Positions 58,975 through 64,000 of a DNA stretch of 64,000 nucleotides are shown here, in pieces. Positions within the stretch are counted from its first letter, which is position 1. The number at the start of each line of letters is the position of its first letter. A program made the translations under genes and the position numbers. The stretch lies in the NCBI GenBank assembly GCA_963745835.1, contig CAVUZH010000019.1, positions 96,001 to 160,000 on the forward strand, read 5' to 3'. The notes beneath the pieces were generated by a model. The model was not told where the DNA came from. It worked only from the letters and a program-made list of their open reading frames with translations, and made no database searches. Source of the DNA: an uncultured delta proteobacterium (GTDB lineage Bacteria > Desulfobacterota > Binatia > UBA9968).

Positions 58975-60666
58975 ATGGCTGGAAACGGTAAGCAAAGAAC
59001 TGTGGCGCAGGCCTATCTCGAGGTCGCCGTGGACCATGGCATTGATTATGTTTTTGGTCTGCCGGGAACGAGCGGCCAGGAGTTCATCGGCACTATCGCC
59101 GACCAGGAAAAGGTCCGCTTCGTTCTTGCGCTCCATGAGACCTGCGTGGTTTCGATGGCCGATGGCCACGCCCGGGTCAGCGGCCGGCCGTCACTTGCAC
59201 AGGTAAGCACTCTTCCCGGTTCAGTCAATGCCGTCGGCGCTCTCTACGACGCTTACCGCGACCGCTCTCCCGTGGTAGTGACCTCGACCCATGTCGATAC
59301 CCGTATCGTTGGGCGTGACTCCCACACCGAAGGCAAGGATCTTGTCGAATTGACAAAGCAATTCACCAAGTGGAGCGCGGAAGTGCATCGCTCCGATCGC
59401 ATTCCGGAATTTCTCAATCGCGCATTTAAAGTCGCGGCGACCCCTCCCACGGGTCCGGTGTATCTGTCGCTACCGAGCAATCTCCTGGGCGAAAACATCG
59501 ATCAGCAAAATCCTGTGGCGGAACGCTCGCGCATCACGCCAAGGATCGCCGCCGATCCGGAAGCGTTGCAACAGGCGGCACGAATGCTCGCCAGTGCCAA
59601 TCGGCCCCTCATCGTTGCCGGCAGCGGCATCGCCAAGTCAGGCGGCACGGAGGATTTGATCAAGTTCGCCGAGATGCTGGGCGCGCCGGTAGTCATGGAG
59701 CCGCGTTATTCTTTCTTGAGTTTCCCAACCGATCATCCCCAGAGCTTTCAAATTGCCGAACGCAACCCGTCTTTCAATCTCCCCGTGTGGGGTGATCCGG
59801 ACGTGATTCTCGCGATTGGCTGCCGTTTGATTCGCGAGTATCGTTATCTGCCTGAACCGGTGATGAAGCCGGACACCCTCTGCATTCACATCGAGGAAGA
59901 TCCCTGGGAGATCGGCAAAGTTTTTCCGGTGGATCTTGGCATCATCGCCGACGGCGGGAGTGCGCTGCGTTCTCTTCTAGAGGTCTACCCGAAAGTGGCT
60001 GCGGGTGCGAATGGCCGCGAGGAACGCTTAGCGGCCATTCGCAAGGCTCAGGAACAGGTGAAAGCCGAGCTCGACGCGCGCGTGAAGCAGGGCTGGGACG
60101 GCACACCGATCAACGCCGCTCGGCTTGCTCGGACCATGGACCGACTGCTCGAAAGAGACACCTTGATCGTGAACGAAAGTCCAACGAGCAAGGATATTCT
60201 CATGGCGAATTTTAAGTTTTCAACCGGTCGGTCCTACTTTTCCAACTCGTCAGGCGGGTATCTCGGCTGGGGCCTTGGCGCAGCGATCGGCGCCAAACTT
60301 GCCGCGCCGAGGCGGCGCGTGGTCGCGTGTCTGGGCGACGGCAGCAGCATGTTCGGCCTCCAGGGACTCTGGACCCTGGCTAAATATCGCGTGCCGCTGA
60401 TCGTGATCGTGTTCAACAATCGCGCCTACATGGCAGTAAAAAATCAATTCCGGGGCTCCGAGGAGAGAATCCGTCTGGCCGCCGAGATGGGCGCAGAGCT
60501 GGTCGGACCCGAGTTGAACTTTGCGCGGCTGGCCGACACATTTGGTATCTTCGGGCAAAGAGTCGAGCAGCCGGACGCCATCGAACCCGCGATCAAGCGG
60601 GCACTGGAGCAGAATGGGCCGGCGCTGATCGACGTCGTCATCGGTCAGAACACACGAAAGGATTGA
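58975..60666 (+). CDS. ThDP-dependent enzyme, benzoylformate decarboxylase-like
   Basis: VFGLPGT, LHE, MADG.AR, PTGPVYLSLP, GDGSS..NN..Y. Confidence 0.92.
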   Translation: MAGNGKQRTVAQAYLEVAVDHGIDYVFGLPGTSGQEFIGTIADQEKVRFVLALHETCVVSMADGHARVSGRPSLAQVSTLPGSVNAVGALYDAYRDRSPVVVTSTHVDTRIVGRDSHTEGKDLVELTKQFTKWSAEVHRSDRIPEFLNRAFKVAATPPTGPVYLSLPSNLLGENIDQQNPVAERSRITPRIAADPEALQQAARMLASANRPLIVAGSGIAKSGGTEDLIKFAEMLGAPVVMEPRYSFLSFPTDHPQSFQIAERNPSFNLPVWGDPDVILAIGCRLIREYRYLPEPVMKPDTLCIHIEEDPWEIGKVFPVDLGIIADGGSALRSLLEVYPKVAAGANGREERLAAIRKAQEQVKAELDARVKQGWDGTPINAARLARTMDRLLERDTLIVNESPTSKDILMANFKFSTGRSYFSNSSGGYLGWGLGAAIGAKLAAPRRRVVACLGDGSSMFGLQGLWTLAKYRVPLIVIVFNNRAYMAVKNQFRGSEERIRLAAEMGAELVGPELNFARLADTFGIFGQRVEQPDAIEPAIKRALEQNGPALIDVVIGQNTRKD

Positions 60667-60793
60667 GGAGGGTTATCAACGGCGCAGTTCACCAAGAGCG
60701 CGACGGTTAAGTGTTTCGGACCTTCTCTCAAATTTCGTGGTCTTGGTGTAACTCGCGGTAAAATGGCCGATCATTTCTAAAGGAGGATAAGAT

Positions 60794-61168
60794 ATGGCGG
60801 ATGAGGCCAAGGATGCTTTTAAAAAAGTCGGTCTGGGTTCCGCGAACAACGCCTACGACATCATTGCCGAATTGGATCCTGAATATTTCGAAAAGCTCAA
60901 GGGACTCTACGTTGACGGCACCTTCGGTCGCGAGGGCGCATTGCCGAGAAAGACCAAGGAGCTGATCATGATCGGCATCTGTTGTGCGTTGCTACGCCCG
61001 CGCGGCATCCGCTTGCATAGCGAGCGCGCGCTCACCCTCGGCGCCACGCCGAAAGAACTGATGGAGGCGATGGAAGTCGCGGCGATTCCCGGAGGCATGC
61101 CCGGGCTTTGGGCCGGGGTCGAGACTCTCCATGAAATTCTCAAGGCAAAAGGCATCGAGTTCAAATGA
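60794..61168 (+). CDS. Carboxymuconolactone decarboxylase (CMD/AhpD) family protein
   Basis: GALPRKTKELI, H...AL..GAT..E; AGGAGG RBS. Confidence 0.9.
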   Translation: MADEAKDAFKKVGLGSANNAYDIIAELDPEYFEKLKGLYVDGTFGREGALPRKTKELIMIGICCALLRPRGIRLHSERALTLGATPKELMEAMEVAAIPGGMPGLWAGVETLHEILKAKGIEFK

Positions 61169-62367
61169 GCGAAGTTCGGCCAGGGCCGCTTAGCGGCGTG
61201 CGCGTCCTCGATTTGACGCGGGTCGTCGCCGGCCCTTATTGCTCGATGTTTCTTGGCGATCTCGGCGCTGAAGTCGTCAAGGTGGAGCAGCCCGGAGCGG
61301 GTGACGATACGCGCGGCTGGGGCCCGCCGTTTGCCGGCGGCGAAAGCGCCTACTACCTCTGTATCAACCGCAATAAGCAAAGCCTGACACTCGATCTAAA
61401 ATCGAAACGGGCGGTAGAGTTGCTGCGTGACTTGGTTAAGGCTGCCGATGTAATCATCGAGAATTTCCGACCTGGAACCATGGAACGCCTCGGGTTGGGC
61501 GAAAAGGAGTTACGCGAGCTTAACCCGCGGCTCATCTATGCCTCGCTCACGGGCTTTGGCGCCGATGGACCGATGAGCGACTGGCCAGGCTATGATTTGA
61601 TCGTGCAAGCCTGGGGCGGTCTGATGAGCATCACCGGCACGCCGGAGGGGGAGCCGGTCAAAGTCGGCGTGGCGATCATCGATCTGGTCGCCGGGCTGAT
61701 GCTCGGCAAAGCAATCACAGCGGCGTTGTTCGCTCGTGAGAAAATCGGCGTCGGCCAGCGGATTGACACTTCTTTGCTCGAGGCCGAAGTGGCCTCGCTG
61801 ATCAACGTTGGCAGCAATTATCTTGTTGGCGGCAAAGTGCCTACGCGCTGGGGCAACGCTCATCCGAACATCGTGCCGTATCAAAACTTCCAAACCGCGG
61901 ACGGCTATCTGGTGATCGGGGTCGCCAGCGAAGTGATCTGGAAGCGTTTCTGCGAGGCTGTCGGCGAGAGGGAATTGATCAATGATCCGCGCTTCGCCGA
62001 CAATTCTAAGAGAGTAGAAAATCGCAGCGAACTCATTGCAATTCTCTCCCAGACATTTCTCCAGCGGCGGAATGATGCTTGGTTCAAGTTGTTAACCGAT
62101 GCGGAAGTTCCCTGCGCGCCCGTGCAAACCATCGATCAGGTTTTCCAAGCCCCTCAAGTTTTACAGCGTGATATGCTAATCGAAGTCGAGCATCCGACGG
62201 CGGGCAAGGTTCGCATGGCCGGGATCCCGGTGAAATTTTCAGTGACGCCCGCCAGTGTTCGCATGCCGCCGCCTCTGCTCGGCGAGCATAACGACGCGAT
62301 TCTTCGGACCTGGCTGGGCATGAGCGCCGCTTCAATTGACGAACTCAAAAAAGAGAAAGTCATATGA
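61165..62367 (+). CDS. Family III CoA transferase (CaiB/BaiF)
   Basis: PLSGVRVLDLT, NRNKQS, ENFRPG, GYD catalytic Asp, PPLLGEH. Confidence 0.95.
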   Translation: MSEVRPGPLSGVRVLDLTRVVAGPYCSMFLGDLGAEVVKVEQPGAGDDTRGWGPPFAGGESAYYLCINRNKQSLTLDLKSKRAVELLRDLVKAADVIIENFRPGTMERLGLGEKELRELNPRLIYASLTGFGADGPMSDWPGYDLIVQAWGGLMSITGTPEGEPVKVGVAIIDLVAGLMLGKAITAALFAREKIGVGQRIDTSLLEAEVASLINVGSNYLVGGKVPTRWGNAHPNIVPYQNFQTADGYLVIGVASEVIWKRFCEAVGERELINDPRFADNSKRVENRSELIAILSQTFLQRRNDAWFKLLTDAEVPCAPVQTIDQVFQAPQVLQRDMLIEVEHPTAGKVRMAGIPVKFSVTPASVRMPPPLLGEHNDAILRTWLGMSAASIDELKKEKVI

Positions 62368-62825
62368 CGGGCAAAACATTCCAGGAGTTTCACGCCGGCG
62401 ATCGTTACAATACCGGCCGGCGCACGATCACTGAGCACGACATTTTGCAGTTCGTTACTTTGGTGGGACTCACGGAACCGCTGTTTCTCGACATGGAATA
62501 CATCCGCAATGAAAGTCTTTACGGCGATCGCATCGCGCCGGGGAGTTTGACCTTTGCTATGGCCGAAGGACTGACAGTCCAGACAGGACTCATCCACGGC
62601 ACCGGTATGGCGTTTGCCGGTCTCGACAAGATGCGCCTTTTCGCGCCGGTCAAGGTGAACGACACAATCCAAGTGGAGATCGAGGTTTTAGACAAGAAGC
62701 CGGTGCCGGCGCGCGGCGGCGGCATCGTTCGTTATCGCCAGTGGGTAAAGAACCAGCGCGGAGAAACCATTATGGAGTACGATGTCGCGCGTCTCATTCG
62801 CGGCGCGGCGGTGGATGAGAAATAA
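62364..62825 (+). CDS. MaoC/PaaZ-like hot-dog fold dehydratase
   Basis: RRTITEHD, RIAPG, APVKVNDTI, NQRGE. Confidence 0.88.
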   Translation: MTGKTFQEFHAGDRYNTGRRTITEHDILQFVTLVGLTEPLFLDMEYIRNESLYGDRIAPGSLTFAMAEGLTVQTGLIHGTGMAFAGLDKMRLFAPVKVNDTIQVEIEVLDKKPVPARGGGIVRYRQWVKNQRGETIMEYDVARLIRGAAVDEK

Positions 62826-62841
62826 AGGAACCAGGTAAGCG

Positions 62842-63805
62842 TTGGCTATCGAATCAAATTGTAAGTTTGGGATTCTATTGCCTACCCGGGAAGTGATTTT
62901 ATCGGGCAGGGCCGAACCGAGCAGCATCTATGATATCGCCGATCGCACCGAGGCGCTCGGCTTCCACTCAGTTTGGGTCGGCGACAGCGTCGTCGCAAAA
63001 CCGCGTCTGGACGCGCTCACCACGCTTGCGGCGGTCGGCGCTCGCACCCGCAGAATTCGTCTGGGCACGGCAGTGTATCTGGCCGCCCTCAGGAATCCAG
63101 TTCTGCTGGCTCACATGGTTGGCACTGTCGATTGGCTCAGCCGCGGCCGAGTCGATCTCGGTATCGGCTACAGCCGGCCCAACGACCCCGTCCAGGAGCA
63201 CGAATACAAAGTTCTCGGCCACGATCCGGCCAAACGAATCAAGATGAGCGAAGAGTCGGTGCGGATTATCCGCAAGCTGTGGCGCGAGAACGATGTTTCC
63301 TACGCTGGCGCCTTCTCGAGCTTCGAGCATGTGACGGTTGAGCCGAAACCGAGCCAGCCTGACGGGGTGCCCATCTGGCTCGCGTCAAACAACATCGAGC
63401 CCGGACTGAAGCGCGTCGCACGCATGGCCGATGGATGGCTCAATAACATCACGGATCCAGAAATCTACAAAGAATGCTTAGGGAAGATTCGCGCTTATGC
63501 AGCCGAGGCCGGTCGCGATCCGCAAGTGATTGAGCCGGGACTTTATCTCACGATTGCTGCGGGCGATGACAATGCCATTCGCGAGGGTCAAAACTTTCTC
63601 GTCGCAGTATTACAACCGACCTTACGAAGCCACCGCCAAGGCAATGCTCTGCGTGATGGGCTCTTGGGAGCAAGTGATGGATGAAATTCAGGCTTACACG
63701 GAAGCGGGCGCGCGCACGTTGGTTCTACGCTTTGCTGCCAGCGATCAAGTCCGTCATCTGGAAGCTTGTGCGGAACAGCTCTCACGTCGCGGTTACCTTC
63801 GCTAA
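62842..63805 (+). CDS. LLM class flavin-dependent oxidoreductase, frameshifted near 63601
   Basis: SVWVGDS, RIRLGT, ADGW; removing one base gives GQNFLSQYYNRPYEA and joins ORF 63530-63805. Confidence 0.87.
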
Positions 63806-64000
63806 TCGTCGGCGAGCATGAGAAGCTCTTTACGCAGTGGAGCAGGATCGGTCGCGCCAACGGTGTCACCCATCATTTCACATTATTCCCTTTAACTGAA
63901 TCTCACACACCGCACCCCTTTCTAAAGGCACGGAAGAGTCAATTGTTGAGGGCGTCCCTGGGACTTACTGCCTGTAGGGTTAATTCACTTGTCAGACGTA

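Overview
GC-rich bacterial chromosomal segment. The gene repertoire resembles Candidatus Binatia (Binatota / Desulfobacterota_B); that assignment is inference only. The window is dominated by catabolic and uptake genes for aromatic or heteroaromatic acids: two divergent UbiD decarboxylases, a xanthine-dehydrogenase-family Mo-hydroxylase (M-S-L), two LLM oxidoreductases, two LigB-type dioxygenases, two ThDP enzymes, amidohydrolases, a CoA transferase and a MaoC dehydratase. It also has eight SsuA/THI5-like solute-binding proteins, two ABC importers, an MdtAB-TolC efflux operon and a DUF1302-DUF1329-YCF48-MMPL operon. Housekeeping genes include fabI, pduO-type adenosyltransferase, lnt, nth and tRNA-Phe. 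Several things fall outside the ORF track. (1) A decayed integrated island (about 28.8-32.9 kb) has a diverged duplicate of a host gene 3' end, a LigD-like ligase pseudogene and a pseudo-tRNA-Arg(TCT). (2) Dispersed intergenic elements are built as inverted arrays of 7-9 bp tandem repeats, and one array sits in-frame inside the Mo-enzyme large subunit. (3) A signal-peptide-less SBP-fold protein lies in a CDGSH/cupin/CouO-like operon behind an FNR-type box. Four single-base frameshifts in otherwise intact genes suggest sequencing indels. All calls come from reading motifs; no database searches were run.
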